From Patescibacteria group bacterium (GTDB lineage Bacteria; Patescibacteriota; Patescibacteriia; UBA1558; GWA2-36-10): a stretch of 64,000 nucleotides of DNA. This document shows, one piece after another, positions 19,471 through 30,085 of this stretch; positions within the stretch are counted from its first letter, which is position 1; each line of letters opens with the position of its first letter. The stretch covers positions 513,377 to 577,376 of the forward strand of contig JAHJQF010000001.1 in NCBI GenBank assembly GCA_018819405.1, written 5' to 3'. The notes beneath the pieces are model-generated. The model was not told where the DNA came from and made no database searches. It worked only from the letters and a program-made list of their open reading frames with translations. Made by a program: the position numbers and the translations under genes.

Positions 19471-22400
19471 TCAATTAGTTTTTAATTTCCAGCTATTTGG
19501 CCCTAAAAATTTATTTATTTTTTCTTTTAGTTTTTCATCCGGTAGCACTTTAAGGTCGGTTTTTAACTTGCGTATATGGCCATTATGTATTTCCAGATAA
19601 ACTGGGCTAAGTCCGGGATGTTGGTCCAATATTTTTTTGAGCTCAGCCATTTTATCTTTATCAAAACCTTCGGGTAAAACTAGCCAAAGCTTTTTTTCAG
19701 ACAATCCTTTGGCTTTAAAATCTTTGATTGTTTCTGGGTTTATAATTTCTGCTCTTTCGGCAATCACCTTGGGGTGGCCGTCTTTTTCAGAGACCTTGCC
19801 TTCTACCAAAACTCTATTTTCGTCTTTCCATAGATTGAAAGTAGTTTCCAACATGGAAGGGAAGACAATCACTTCAATACTAGAGCTGGAATCTTCTATA
19901 GTGACAAAGAGCATAGCCTGACCTTTGTGAGTGACTATTTTGTGAACAAAAGTAATAATACCAGCTACTCGGACATTGTTTCCGTCTTTGTTTTTTAATT
20001 TATCCAACGGGATAATATATTTTTTGAGTATTTCCAGATCGTTTTTGAAAGGGTGGTCGGATATATAAAGACCCATTAGCTCTTTTTCCCAAGAAAGTTT
20101 AGTATTTTGGTCTATATCATCAAAGTGTTCTAGTTTGAGGGAAAAAGTGGTATTAGCTAGTGGTAAATCGGCAAACAAATTATTTTGTCCGCTTTTATGT
20201 TCATTTTGTATTTTTTTGTTAAATTCCAAAATAGTAATCAAATTTCCCAAAGCTTGTCCGCGATTAGATAATGAATCTAAGGCGCCGGCTTTTATTAGGC
20301 TTTCGAGTGATTTTTTGTTTAGATCCTTATCTTTTATCCTAGAGAGAAAATCCTCCAGAGATTTGTACTGACCGTTCTTTTTTCTTTCAGAGATTATGAC
20401 TTTGGCAATATTGTGTCCAACATTTTTAATAGCATTTAGCCCAAAACGAATTTTTCCTTTTTTGTTTGGATCAGTACTTTCTACCACTGAAAAATTAGAA
20501 AAACTTTCATTGACATCAGGCGGTAAGACATCTATATCCATTTTGCGACATTCTTTTATTTCAATAGTGACCCTGTCAATATTGTCTTGGTCGGCTGTCA
20601 AAAGGGCGGCCATAAAAGCCTCTGGATAGTTAGCTTTTAAATAGGCAGTTTGATAGGCAATCATGGCGTAGCAGGCAGCGTGTGATCTGTTAAAACCATA
20701 TCTGGCAAAAGGCACAATAAATTCCCATATTTTGTTGGCAGTTTTTTTGTCTACGCCGTTATCTATCAAGCCTGATACTACTTTTTCCTCCTGCTCATCG
20801 AGCAGTTCTTTTATTTTTTTACCTACCGCTTTTCTTAATACATCAGCCTGACCGTAGCTAAAACCAGCTAGGTCTCTGACAATTCTCATCAATTGTTCCT
20901 GATATACCGCAATACCATAGGTATTTTTTAGGATCGGTTCCAACTTGGGATGCAAGTAGTTTACTTTTTTTAATCCATGTTTGGCGGCAATAAAATCTGG
21001 GATAAACTCCATCGGTCCTGGGCGGTATAGGGCGACCATAGCAATGATATCTTCTAGCTCAGTTGGTTTGAGCTGTTTGAGGTATCTTTTCATGCCACCG
21101 GATTCTAGTTGGAATACGCCGGTGGTTTCACCTTTTTGGAAAAGATCAAAGGTTTTTTGGTCATCAAGTGGCAAATGATCTATATTAATTTTGGTATTTT
21201 TGGTAGCTTCTACTATCTCGATAGTTTGTTCTAAGATGGTCAGATTTTTGAGGCCCAAAAAATCCATTTTGAGTAAGCCCAGGTCTTCAACTGGGTGCAT
21301 AGAGTATTGGGATATAATAGTTTTATCGTCACCGGAGGCATATTGCAAAGGGGTGTAGTTTGTCAGTGGCTCTTTGGTGATTAGTACGGCACAGGCGTGG
21401 GTAGAGGAGTGGCGAGCTAGACCTTCTAGTTTTTTGGCCATGTCCAATAGTCTTTGTGCTTCAGGATCTTCTTCATATATTCTTTTTAGATCATCGACAT
21501 TGGCCAAAGCTTCCTCCAGAGAAGTAAACATTGGAATCATTTTGGCCAGTTGGTCGCAGTAGCCATAACTATAACCCATCACACGTCCTACGTCTCTGAC
21601 AGCTGCTCGAGCAGCCATAGTACCAAAAGTTATGATTTGGGCTACGTGATCTTTGCCATACTTTTCTTCAACATAGCGGATTACTTCTTCACGTCTGATA
21701 TCGGCAAAATCAAGATCAATATCAGGCATGGATATACGTTCTGGGTTGAGGAATCTTTCAAAAATAAGCTCATACTTGATGGGGTCGATATTGGTGATAT
21801 TTATCAGGTAAGATACCAGCGATCCAGCAGCTGATCCACGACCTGGGCCGACTACTATCTTTTGTTCTTTGGCCCAATTGACAAAATCTTGCACTATCAA
21901 AAAGTAGGCCGCAAAACCAGTCTTAGTTATGATAGAGAGCTCATAATCCAATCTTTCTTTGATATTGGTCGGGATTTGGTCTATCTCGTATCCGTAGCGT
22001 TTTTTTACGCCCAAGAGGCATAATTGTTTTAGCTCTTCCTCGGCACTGTTAGCATTTTGTAACTGGTATTCAGGCAATTGAATAGTGCCCAACTCTATTT
22101 CTATATTGCAACGGTCAGCTAATTTTTGAGTGTTATCAATTGCGGTTTGTATTTCGTCGCCAAATAATTCTTTGACTTTATTTTCAGAAATCATAGAGAA
22201 ATCGTCTCCTAGGTATGACATCCTATCTTCATCCGACTGCTTATGCTTTGTTTGTATACAGAGTAATATATCTTGGGCTTCATTATCATCAGAATTTATG
22301 TAGTGGACATCATTGGTGATAATAAGGGGTATATTATGTTGCTTGGAAATTTTTTTGTATTCTTCATTGACTATTTCTTGTTCACTATCATTTCGGTGTT

Positions 22401-22914
22401 GTAATTCCAAATATAAATGATCATTTCCAAAAATATCTAAGAGTGTCTTGAGATTTTCTTGGACAGTCTGGTGTTGTCCGGCTTTGATGTGGCGAGCCAA
22501 TGGTCCACCTAGACAGGCTGTGGCGGCTATTAATCCTTCTTTGTGTTTTTTTAATATTTCCCAATCTATTCTTGGTTTATAATAAAAACCTTCCAGATGA
22601 GCAATGGTAGTCAATTTGAGAAGGTTTTTGTATCCTTGGTTGTTTTCTGCCAAGAGAATAAGATGATATGGTTTTTCTTTGTGGTTTCTGTCGGATATTG
22701 AACCAGGGGCAACATAACATTCAACACCGATGATCGGTTTTATGCCACTAGCCAGACATTTTTGATAAAATTCTATAGCTCCATACATAACACCATGATC
22801 AGTCAGAGCCAAAGCATTGACTGCCTGCTCTTTAGCCTTTTTTACTAGTTGGTCTATAGTACTCAAGCCATCAAGTAGGCTGTAATGAGAGTGATTATGG
22901 AGGTGAATAAGCAT
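19471..22914 (-). CDS. dnaE: DNA polymerase III alpha subunit
   Basis: N-terminal PHP domain HLHNHSHYSLLDG, polymerase core and OB fold. 1147 aa. Confidence 0.95.
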   Translation of the reverse strand: MLIHLHNHSHYSLLDGLSTIDQLVKKAKEQAVNALALTDHGVMYGAIEFYQKCLASGIKPIIGVECYVAPGSISDRNHKEKPYHLILLAENNQGYKNLLKLTTIAHLEGFYYKPRIDWEILKKHKEGLIAATACLGGPLARHIKAGQHQTVQENLKTLLDIFGNDHLYLELQHRNDSEQEIVNEEYKKISKQHNIPLIITNDVHYINSDDNEAQDILLCIQTKHKQSDEDRMSYLGDDFSMISENKVKELFGDEIQTAIDNTQKLADRCNIEIELGTIQLPEYQLQNANSAEEELKQLCLLGVKKRYGYEIDQIPTNIKERLDYELSIITKTGFAAYFLIVQDFVNWAKEQKIVVGPGRGSAAGSLVSYLINITNIDPIKYELIFERFLNPERISMPDIDLDFADIRREEVIRYVEEKYGKDHVAQIITFGTMAARAAVRDVGRVMGYSYGYCDQLAKMIPMFTSLEEALANVDDLKRIYEEDPEAQRLLDMAKKLEGLARHSSTHACAVLITKEPLTNYTPLQYASGDDKTIISQYSMHPVEDLGLLKMDFLGLKNLTILEQTIEIVEATKNTKINIDHLPLDDQKTFDLFQKGETTGVFQLESGGMKRYLKQLKPTELEDIIAMVALYRPGPMEFIPDFIAAKHGLKKVNYLHPKLEPILKNTYGIAVYQEQLMRIVRDLAGFSYGQADVLRKAVGKKIKELLDEQEEKVVSGLIDNGVDKKTANKIWEFIVPFARYGFNRSHAACYAMIAYQTAYLKANYPEAFMAALLTADQDNIDRVTIEIKECRKMDIDVLPPDVNESFSNFSVVESTDPNKKGKIRFGLNAIKNVGHNIAKVIISERKKNGQYKSLEDFLSRIKDKDLNKKSLESLIKAGALDSLSNRGQALGNLITILEFNKKIQNEHKSGQNNLFADLPLANTTFSLKLEHFDDIDQNTKLSWEKELMGLYISDHPFKNDLEILKKYIIPLDKLKNKDGNNVRVAGIITFVHKIVTHKGQAMLFVTIEDSSSSIEVIVFPSMLETTFNLWKDENRVLVEGKVSEKDGHPKVIAERAEIINPETIKDFKAKGLSEKKLWLVLPEGFDKDKMAELKKILDQHPGLSPVYLEIHNGHIRKLKTDLKVLPDEKLKEKINKFLGPNSWKLKTN

Positions 22915-22920
22915 AATTTG

Positions 22921-22956
22921 TTTTTACCCCGTTAAGTCCCGCTTTTCGGGATTTAA
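22921..22956. repeat. CCCGTTAA...TTAACGGG palindrome upstream of dnaE
   Basis: ccccgttaagtcccgcttttcgggatttaacggg is a nested hairpin. The minus strand reads TAACGGGGTAAAAACAAATTATG into dnaE. Confidence 0.6.
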
Positions 22957-23127
22957 CGGGAGTAAATATTTAATGGGATGAATAATAAAACCCGATAACA
23001 CTCGTTAGGGAGATTAAAATTTATCGGGATGTTGATTTATAAAAAATAAATCAAATAATTTGTTTTTGTTTTTGTTTGCCCGAGCGATTTGTGGTGAGCG
23101 TAATTGAATTAAATCGAGGGGTTTTTA

Positions 23128-23424
23128 TTATTTTTTGTTTTTGGAATTTTTTCTGGCGCCTTTTTTTTCGCTGATAGTTTTTATGATTGATTGGGCGCTT
23201 TTGACGAATACAGTCAAAAAAGCGGAAGCATTACCAGCTTTACTTTTGAAATTTTGAACTCCTTCATCAATGCCATTGGCAATATTTTCTATTACTTTTA
23301 GGGTATTATTGAGGCCTTTAATTGTTTTGGCTATTTCATACAGTACCCAAGAGAATAGTATGGCCACTAGAGTTACCGAAAATCCCAGGAGCAAATTTAA
23401 TAAATCTTTTGAATTTTCTAACAT
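23128..23424 (-). CDS. small membrane protein (hypothetical)
   Basis: 98 aa with one TM helix and a K-rich tail. Confidence 0.4.
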   Translation of the reverse strand: MLENSKDLLNLLLGFSVTLVAILFSWVLYEIAKTIKGLNNTLKVIENIANGIDEGVQNFKSKAGNASAFLTVFVKSAQSIIKTISEKKGARKNSKNKK

Positions 23425-23525
23425 TTTATTTTTTTTATTTTTTTATTTCGTCTTTATTATAACATAGTAGTTCATATAATGCCAAATCTGGCTTTTGAGA
23501 GTAAAATATTGTATAATATTAAAGT

Positions 23526-24404
23526 ATGGACGAATACAAACCAATTAGTCAAAAAGAATTAGAACGAGGTTATTTTTTCGTTACGCATAGACCTCAAATT
23601 ATAAAAGTATTTTATGGTTTATCCATATTAGTTTTAGCTATTTTATATATTTTTTTGGCTTGGCGTGTTATTACTTACCTACAGGGTGGTAATTTTGAAA
23701 AAGCAGCAGCCAATTTGGAGAACGCGTCTTTTGATTGGGAGACTTATCATATAAAGCGCGCGCCTATAAATCTGGCAATAGGTAAACCTCAATTTATTTC
23801 GTTGGGAGAAAGAAAATATAATTTGGTGGTGCCAATTGTAAACCATAACACAGACTGGGCTTTGCGTGAGTTAAAATATAGTTTTGTGGTCAATGGTGAG
23901 ACTTTACCCGAAGAAAGCACTTTTCTAAATCCGGATGAAACACAATTATTAATTTTATTTTCTCATGAATCAAGTAAGGGTGTAGTTGATTTGGATGTGG
24001 AATTGGGCGAGCAAGACTGGCAGAGGGTTGGACCAAATTTTTATGATATAAATTTTTCTGTATCCAATGTAAAATTTCAGGCTGCTACTAGGCTGGAAGT
24101 TGGCAAAGAGGTGATAGATGTTCCTGCCCGAGTAATTTGGCAAGCCCAAAATATGACCTTAAATAATTTTTGGGATGTGGGCTGGCAGGTAGTTTTGTAT
24201 AATGGTGATAAAATAATTGGTGTTAATTATCTTTTGACTCATGATTTTTTAGCTTTGGAAAAGAGAGAGCTGGAGGTGGTCTGGCTTGACAAATTGCCCC
24301 GAGTGACTAAAGTAGAAGTGTTGCCGGTCATAAATAAAATGGACAAAGGCAATATTAAAGATATTTATGTGGACAACCCGAGCGGCGATTTGATAAATTT
24401 ATGA
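23526..24404 (+). CDS. membrane-anchored hypothetical protein
   Basis: 292 aa with an N-terminal TM helix. Overlaps the next gene as ATGA. Confidence 0.45.
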   Translation: MDEYKPISQKELERGYFFVTHRPQIIKVFYGLSILVLAILYIFLAWRVITYLQGGNFEKAAANLENASFDWETYHIKRAPINLAIGKPQFISLGERKYNLVVPIVNHNTDWALRELKYSFVVNGETLPEESTFLNPDETQLLILFSHESSKGVVDLDVELGEQDWQRVGPNFYDINFSVSNVKFQAATRLEVGKEVIDVPARVIWQAQNMTLNNFWDVGWQVVLYNGDKIIGVNYLLTHDFLALEKRELEVVWLDKLPRVTKVEVLPVINKMDKGNIKDIYVDNPSGDLINL

Positions 24405-25495
24405 GGATTTTTTTAGCCAAATGGCAAAAGATAGACTGGTTGTTATTTTTTGCTGTTCTAATTTTGCTAGTTTTAGGAATTAGCATTTTATATAGTCTTA
24501 GTTTGAATACTGATACGGCAAATTTCGCTGTTTTTAAAAAACAAATACTTTTTGCCTTATCAGGTTTTGTTTTATTTTTTTTCTTAGCCAGTATAAATTA
24601 TAATGTTTGGTTGACTTATGCCAAATTGATTTTTATATTATTTGTATTGGTTCTTTTGTTTGTTTTATTTTTTGGTGTAGAGATAAAAGGTACGACTGGT
24701 TGGTTGTCCGTCGGTCCTTTTGTTTTGCAGCCGGTAGAGTTTGCTAAAATTGCTTTGGTTATAGCTCTGGCCAGATATTTTGCTCATTACGCTAATGAGT
24801 TTTTTATGTTTAAACATATTTTTATTTCTGGTTTACTTACGCTTGCTTTTGTCGGACTAGTTACTCTGCAGCCTGATCTTGGTTCAGCCTTGGTGCTTTT
24901 GGGTACCTGGATAATAATGCTTTTATTTACCGGTATTAAACGTCAGCATTTTTGGTGGCTCTTGGCAGTATTTTTGGTAGTGGTAGTAATAAGCTGGTTT
25001 TTCCTTTTACAATCTTATCAACAGTCTAGAATATTAACTTTCTTCAACCCAGGTCTTGATCCTCAAGGTGAGGGCTACAATGTCATACAGTCAATAATTG
25101 CTGTTGGTTCTGGACAAACTTTTGGCAGAGGTCTAGCTCTAGGCTCACAAAGTAGCTTGAGATTTTTGCCTGAGCCGGGCACAGATTTTATATTTGCCGT
25201 AATTGCTGAGGATTTAGGTTTGGTGGGAACAGGTTTGTTGTTAGCCTTATTTGCTTTTATATTTTATAGATTATTTTTGATAATGAGGAAAAGTCAGGAT
25301 GATTTTGGAGCTTATCTGATATTGGGTATTGCAGCTATGCTTTTGGTACAGACTTTTATAAATATTGGTATGAATATGGGAATATCACCGGTTACAGGTA
25401 TTCCTTTACCCTTAGTTTCAGCTGGCGGTAGTTCAGTCTGGGCTGTAATGATCGCTTTGGGTATAGCACAAAGTGTGCATTTGAGGAATGGATAA
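24401..25495 (+). CDS. FtsW/RodA/SpoVE family peptidoglycan glycosyltransferase
   Basis: 364 aa with about 10 TM helices and an FtsW/RodA-like motif arrangement (LQPVEFAKIALVIALA). Confidence 0.8.
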   Translation: MRIFLAKWQKIDWLLFFAVLILLVLGISILYSLSLNTDTANFAVFKKQILFALSGFVLFFFLASINYNVWLTYAKLIFILFVLVLLFVLFFGVEIKGTTGWLSVGPFVLQPVEFAKIALVIALARYFAHYANEFFMFKHIFISGLLTLAFVGLVTLQPDLGSALVLLGTWIIMLLFTGIKRQHFWWLLAVFLVVVVISWFFLLQSYQQSRILTFFNPGLDPQGEGYNVIQSIIAVGSGQTFGRGLALGSQSSLRFLPEPGTDFIFAVIAEDLGLVGTGLLLALFAFIFYRLFLIMRKSQDDFGAYLILGIAAMLLVQTFINIGMNMGISPVTGIPLPLVSAGGSSVWAVMIALGIAQSVHLRNG

Positions 25496-25502
25496 TAAGT
25501 TC

Positions 25503-25531
25503 TTGACAGTGGACCCTTTTTATGATTAAAT
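25503..25531 (+). promoter_or_regulatory. sigma70-like promoter upstream of rplY
   Basis: TTGACA, a 17-bp spacer, then TTAAAT. Confidence 0.4.
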
Positions 25532-25565
25532 AGAGCCACTGTGTTTTTAATTTATAAGAAAAAAT

Positions 25566-26246
25566 ATGGCAGAATTTGTACTAGAAGCAAAAGAACGTAA
25601 GACTGGCACTCAAGGTCAGTTGACAGAAATCCGTGATTCAAAAAGAGTCCCAGGAGTTATTTATGGCTTTTCTCAGGAGCCAATATCTATTGATTTGGCT
25701 TATTTGGAGCTACTAAAAGTGCTCAAAGAAGCTGGAACTAGCAATATTATTTCTATAAAAGTTGGAGATAAAACCATCAAAGTTATTGTCCGTGAATACC
25801 AACAGGATCCTGTCAAAGACACTTTGTCACATGTTGATTTTATGGCTATTGATGAGAAAAAAGAGCTTACTACCAAAGTGCCATTGGCCTTTGTAGGAAT
25901 CTCGACTGCTGTGCGTGAGCAAGGTGGTCAGGTAAATACCAAAAATATTTCAGTTAATGTGCGATGTTTGCCAGCTGATTTACCAGCTAAGATAGATGTG
26001 GATGTCAGTTTATTGAAAGAGCTTGGTCAGAAATTGATTATTTCAGATCTACAAGTAGATGATAAAGTAAATATTTTGAATAACCCAAATGATCCAGTAG
26101 TTGATGTTACTTTGCCGAAGAAAATTAAAATTGAAGAAGTGGCTACTCCTGTTGCTGGTGCTGAAGGCGAAACTAAAGAAGGTGAAGAAGGCGAAACTAA
26201 AGAAGGTGAAGAAGGCGAAACTAAAGAAGGTGAAGATAAAAAATAG
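25566..26246 (+). CDS. rplY: 50S ribosomal protein L25 / general stress protein Ctc
   Basis: N-terminal VLEAKERKTGTQGQLTEIRDSKRVPGVIYG. The C-terminal tail is encoded by a 3 x 24-bp tandem repeat (EGETKEGE x3). Confidence 0.8.
   Translation: MAEFVLEAKERKTGTQGQLTEIRDSKRVPGVIYGFSQEPISIDLAYLELLKVLKEAGTSNIISIKVGDKTIKVIVREYQQDPVKDTLSHVDFMAIDEKKELTTKVPLAFVGISTAVREQGGQVNTKNISVNVRCLPADLPAKIDVDVSLLKELGQKLIISDLQVDDKVNILNNPNDPVVDVTLPKKIKIEEVATPVAGAEGETKEGEEGETKEGEEGETKEGEDKK
26160..26237 (+). repeat. 24-bp tandem repeat x3 inside the rplY 3' end
   Basis: Three copies of gaaggcgaaactaaagaaggtgaa. Confidence 0.85.
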
Positions 26247-26299
26247 CCTCGTTGAATACCATTTTGTGGTATTTGCAGGGCAAATATTTGACGGGTTAA

Positions 26300-27340
26300 A
26301 TGTTAAATCATCAAATAAAAATATATTTATTAATAACTGTCATTTTTATGGCAGTTATTTTGTTATATTTGGGCTTGAGAGACTTATTTAAAGACCAACA
26401 AGCTGTCTCTATGCCAACAGAGCAAAAACAGGAAGAAAATAGGTCTGATTTTAAGAGAAATCCTTTGACTGGATTGGAGCAGAAAGCTGATTTTTTTCCT
26501 ATTTCTATCATGTTTGACAATTCATATAATGTCCGACCTCAGCAGGGTTTGTCTGGAGCAGATATCGTCTATGAGGCATTAGCTGAAGGCAACATCACCA
26601 GAATAATGGGAGTTTTTGATAGCACTAAGTCGCTTGAAAAGATTGGACCAGTTAGGTCGGCTAGACCATATTTTATGGACTGGGCCGGGGAGTATGGTGG
26701 AGTTTATATGCATGTTGGTGGCAGTCCAGAGGCACTGACTAATATTTCCAAATATGATTTTATAAATATTGATCAGATTGGGGCTAGTGAAATTTATTTT
26801 TGGCGCGACAATAATCTTGACGCACCTCATAATGTGTTTACCTCATCTTCAAATTGGTTGAGAATAGGGGAGATAAAAGATGTGGCCAATATAGACAGAG
26901 AAACATTTTTTACTTATGTAGATTTTCCGGACCAGTATCCCAAAGAAAGATCATATATGCCACCACTGTCATTTATAGTAGATTTTTCATCCAATGATTA
27001 CAAAGTAGAATGGAAATTCAATGAAGCACTCAATGTGTATCAGAGATGGCAGGGTGATGAAAAACATCTTTATGAAAATGGTCAGCAGATAGCTGTCAAA
27101 AATGTGCTTGTTCAAGTGGCCAAATCTAGGATTATAGATGACAAAGAAAGACGCAGTATGGATAATAAAACTAGCGGAATAGCCTATCTAGTCAATCCGT
27201 ACGGATACCAGACTGGCACTTGGCAGTACAAAGATGGTTATACTTATTTTTATAAGGATGATGGAAATCCTATGGAATTTGTACCAGGTAAAACCTGGAT
27301 AGAGGTAGTGCCTAGTACAGAATCCTTTATTATAGAATAA
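26300..27340 (+). CDS. DUF3048 (YerB-like) domain protein
   Basis: N-terminal TM/signal. RPQQGLSGADIVYEALAEGNITR...RSARPYF resembles the DUF3048 N-domain. The alternative start at 26348 is possible. Confidence 0.45.
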   Translation: MLNHQIKIYLLITVIFMAVILLYLGLRDLFKDQQAVSMPTEQKQEENRSDFKRNPLTGLEQKADFFPISIMFDNSYNVRPQQGLSGADIVYEALAEGNITRIMGVFDSTKSLEKIGPVRSARPYFMDWAGEYGGVYMHVGGSPEALTNISKYDFINIDQIGASEIYFWRDNNLDAPHNVFTSSSNWLRIGEIKDVANIDRETFFTYVDFPDQYPKERSYMPPLSFIVDFSSNDYKVEWKFNEALNVYQRWQGDEKHLYENGQQIAVKNVLVQVAKSRIIDDKERRSMDNKTSGIAYLVNPYGYQTGTWQYKDGYTYFYKDDGNPMEFVPGKTWIEVVPSTESFIIE

Positions 27341-27354
27341 TTTATCCCCTAAAC

Positions 27355-27386
27355 ATCAATGTTTAGGGGTTTTTTGAAATAAATTT
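27355..27386 (+). terminator. rho-independent terminator
   Basis: cccctaaacatcaatgtttagggg followed by tttttt. Confidence 0.8.
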
Positions 27387-27487
27387 ATAATTTTAGCGTA
27401 GTATAGTATATAAGAGGAGAGGTTGAGTAAAATTAAAAGGGTCAGAATGAGAAACTCAACCGCCTCCTTTGGCCCTTTTAATTTTAT

Positions 27488-29368
27488 TTGCTAATCAAAA
27501 TTATGAAATTTAAAAATCCATTTATCCTTATTTGGAAACACAAGATTATTTCTTTACTTGTTTTGGTCGTTTTATCAGGCAGCGGTTATTTTTTTTATGG
27601 TCGTTTACACAAGACCGAAGCAAGTATAAATTATGTGACCCAAACTGCTTCAAAAGGCATGTTAGTTTCTAGTGTCAGTGGCAGTGGTCAAGTATCTTCA
27701 TCTAACCAGGTAGATATTAAGCCAAAAGTATCGGGAGATGTGATAGCTGTCAGCATGACAGTTGGTCAGGAAGTAAAAAAAGACGATGTTTTGGCCAAAA
27801 TAGATAGCGGCGATGCTTATAGACAGTATAATGATGCTAGAATCACCTACGAAAATGCTAAGTTGGAATTGGATGAGCTTTTGGCACCGCCTGATGATTC
27901 TGATTTACTCTCAGCCAAAAATTCTTTGGCTGATGCCCAGGATAGTCTGATCAAATTAGAGTTTAATCAAACACAGGATTATAATCAGGCGCAAAAAGAT
28001 ATTACAGACGCTGAAAAAGATCTTGAGGATTCATATGATGATATATACAATGACATATCTGATGCTTTTTTGGATTTTCCAGATATTTTGACGGAATTAA
28101 ATACGGTACTTTTTAGTGATGAAATTGCTGACAGTGAAGTGACTATAAATAATATTTCCAATAATTATGCCTTAGAAAATGCTTTCAACAACAATCATTA
28201 TGATGAAAGATCGCGTTTTGAAAGCTACATAGATGTAGCTGAAAACAATTATCAATCAGCCAAAGATAGTTATGATGTTAGCTTTGATAACTATAGAGAT
28301 ATTAGCCGTTATTCTAATAAGGATACTATAGAAAATCTATTAAGTGAGAGCATAGATACAGCTAAGAAAATTTCTGATGCTTTGAAAAGTCAAATAAATA
28401 TGCTTGATTTTTGGGTAGAGTATCGTATTGATAAAAACTTGTCCGTTTATAGTCAAGTTACTCAATATCAATCTGCGCTAGCTAGCTATACTTCTCAAGC
28501 TAATAGCCATTTAAGCGGTTTATTATCTGTAGAGCGTAGTTTAGACAATGCTAAACAAAGTATTGATGATGCCAAGGAAAATTTTGAGGAATTGAAACAA
28601 AACCAACCTCTTGATTTAGCATCTGCTGAGAGAAATTTAGTCGCCAAGCAACAAAATTTAGATGATCTTTTGGCTGGAGCTACAACTCTAGAAATAAAAA
28701 ATAAACAATTAAGCGTTCAACAAAAATATAATTCTTTTTTGGAGGCTAGTTCGGATTTAGCTGATCATTCTATCAAAGCGCCTTTTGATGGTGTGATTGC
28801 CTCAGTTGATGTGGTAGTTGGTGATACCGTTGGTTCTTCAGCTATAGCTTCTTTGATAACCAAACAAAATATTGCGGAAATTACTTTGAATGAAATTGAT
28901 GCCGCTCAGGTCAAGGTCGGTCAAAAAGTCACACTCACTTTTGATGCGGTGGAGGATTTGTCAGTAACAGGTGAAGTAGCTGAAGTAGATGCTATTGGTG
29001 AAGTGAATCAGGGAGTAGTGAGCTATGGTGTAAAAATTGTTTTTGATATTCAGGATGATAGAATAAAATCAGGTATGAGTACTAGTGTAAATATAATTAT
29101 AGAATCTAAAACAGATATTTTGTTAATACCTATTGGGGCGGTAAAAACGCAAGGATCTAGTAGTTATGTGGAGATAATGGATAATGGTCAGATAAAGCGT
29201 CAGACAGTAACCACTGGTCTAAGTAATGACACGATGATAGAAATTATTGATGGTTTGGAAGAAACTCAGGAAGTAGTGACCCAGACAATCAGTTCAGGTG
29301 GTTCATCTAGCAATACCAGTGGTAGTCAATCCGGACCAGATGAGAGGATGATGCTTAGGGCATTTTAA
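27488..29368 (+). CDS. HlyD-family periplasmic adaptor (MacA-like) with long coiled coil
   Basis: N-terminal TM helix, a biotinyl/lipoyl-like hairpin and a long coiled-coil region, as in membrane-fusion proteins. Confidence 0.7.
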   Translation: MLIKIMKFKNPFILIWKHKIISLLVLVVLSGSGYFFYGRLHKTEASINYVTQTASKGMLVSSVSGSGQVSSSNQVDIKPKVSGDVIAVSMTVGQEVKKDDVLAKIDSGDAYRQYNDARITYENAKLELDELLAPPDDSDLLSAKNSLADAQDSLIKLEFNQTQDYNQAQKDITDAEKDLEDSYDDIYNDISDAFLDFPDILTELNTVLFSDEIADSEVTINNISNNYALENAFNNNHYDERSRFESYIDVAENNYQSAKDSYDVSFDNYRDISRYSNKDTIENLLSESIDTAKKISDALKSQINMLDFWVEYRIDKNLSVYSQVTQYQSALASYTSQANSHLSGLLSVERSLDNAKQSIDDAKENFEELKQNQPLDLASAERNLVAKQQNLDDLLAGATTLEIKNKQLSVQQKYNSFLEASSDLADHSIKAPFDGVIASVDVVVGDTVGSSAIASLITKQNIAEITLNEIDAAQVKVGQKVTLTFDAVEDLSVTGEVAEVDAIGEVNQGVVSYGVKIVFDIQDDRIKSGMSTSVNIIIESKTDILLIPIGAVKTQGSSSYVEIMDNGQIKRQTVTTGLSNDTMIEIIDGLEETQEVVTQTISSGGSSSNTSGSQSGPDERMMLRAF

Positions 29369-29373
29369 AATAT

Positions 29374-30081
29374 ATGATTGAATGTAAAGATATAGTAAAA
29401 ATATACAAAACTGGAGATAGTGAGCTAAAAGTTTTGAAAGGCGTATCTTTTAAAATAGAAAAAGGTGAATTTGTAGCTATTATTGGTCCATCAGGTTCTG
29501 GTAAATCTACTTTGATGCATATTTTGGGAGCTTTAGATAGACCAAGTAGCGGTAGCTATATTTTGAACGGAAAAAATATTTTGGAATTTAGTGATGATGA
29601 TTTGGCTGATATTAGGTCACAACAAATTGGTTTTGTATTTCAGAGTTTTAATTTGCTATCTCGGGCAAGTGTGCTCAGAAATGTTCTATTACCTTTGATA
29701 TATAATACTAAAATCCTTAAGAGTAAAAGGATAAAAATGGCCGAAGAAGCTTTGATGGCATCTGGTCTTGATAAAGATCGTTGGCACCATTTATCAAATC
29801 AGCTGTCAGGTGGACAAATGCAGAGAGTAGCTATTGCCAGGGCGCTAGTCAATGAGCCGGACATTATTTTGGCTGATGAGCCGACTGGTAATTTGGATAC
29901 TAAAACTGGAGATATTGTGCTTTCAACTTTCAAAAAATTAAATAAAGAAAAAGGCCACACTATTGTATTGATTACTCATGAACGTTATGTAGCGGAACAT
30001 GCTGATAGGATTATAGAAATAAGAGATGGGGAGCTCATATCTGATAAAAGTACTAATAATGAATTATTAAAAGATAAATAA
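29374..30081 (+). CDS. ABC transporter ATP-binding protein (MacB/LolD-type)
   Basis: Walker A GPSGSGKST, signature LSGGQMQRVAIARAL and Walker B ILADEPTGNLD. Confidence 0.9.
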   Translation: MIECKDIVKIYKTGDSELKVLKGVSFKIEKGEFVAIIGPSGSGKSTLMHILGALDRPSSGSYILNGKNILEFSDDDLADIRSQQIGFVFQSFNLLSRASVLRNVLLPLIYNTKILKSKRIKMAEEALMASGLDKDRWHHLSNQLSGGQMQRVAIARALVNEPDIILADEPTGNLDTKTGDIVLSTFKKLNKEKGHTIVLITHERYVAEHADRIIEIRDGELISDKSTNNELLKDK

Positions 30082-30085
30082 TTTT

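Noticed and set aside
26101-26391. 96-aa plus-strand ORF (MMLLCRRKLKLKK...) overlapping the rplY 3' end
   Set aside because: Alternate-frame reading of the 24-bp tandem repeat. Low-complexity K/L repeats.
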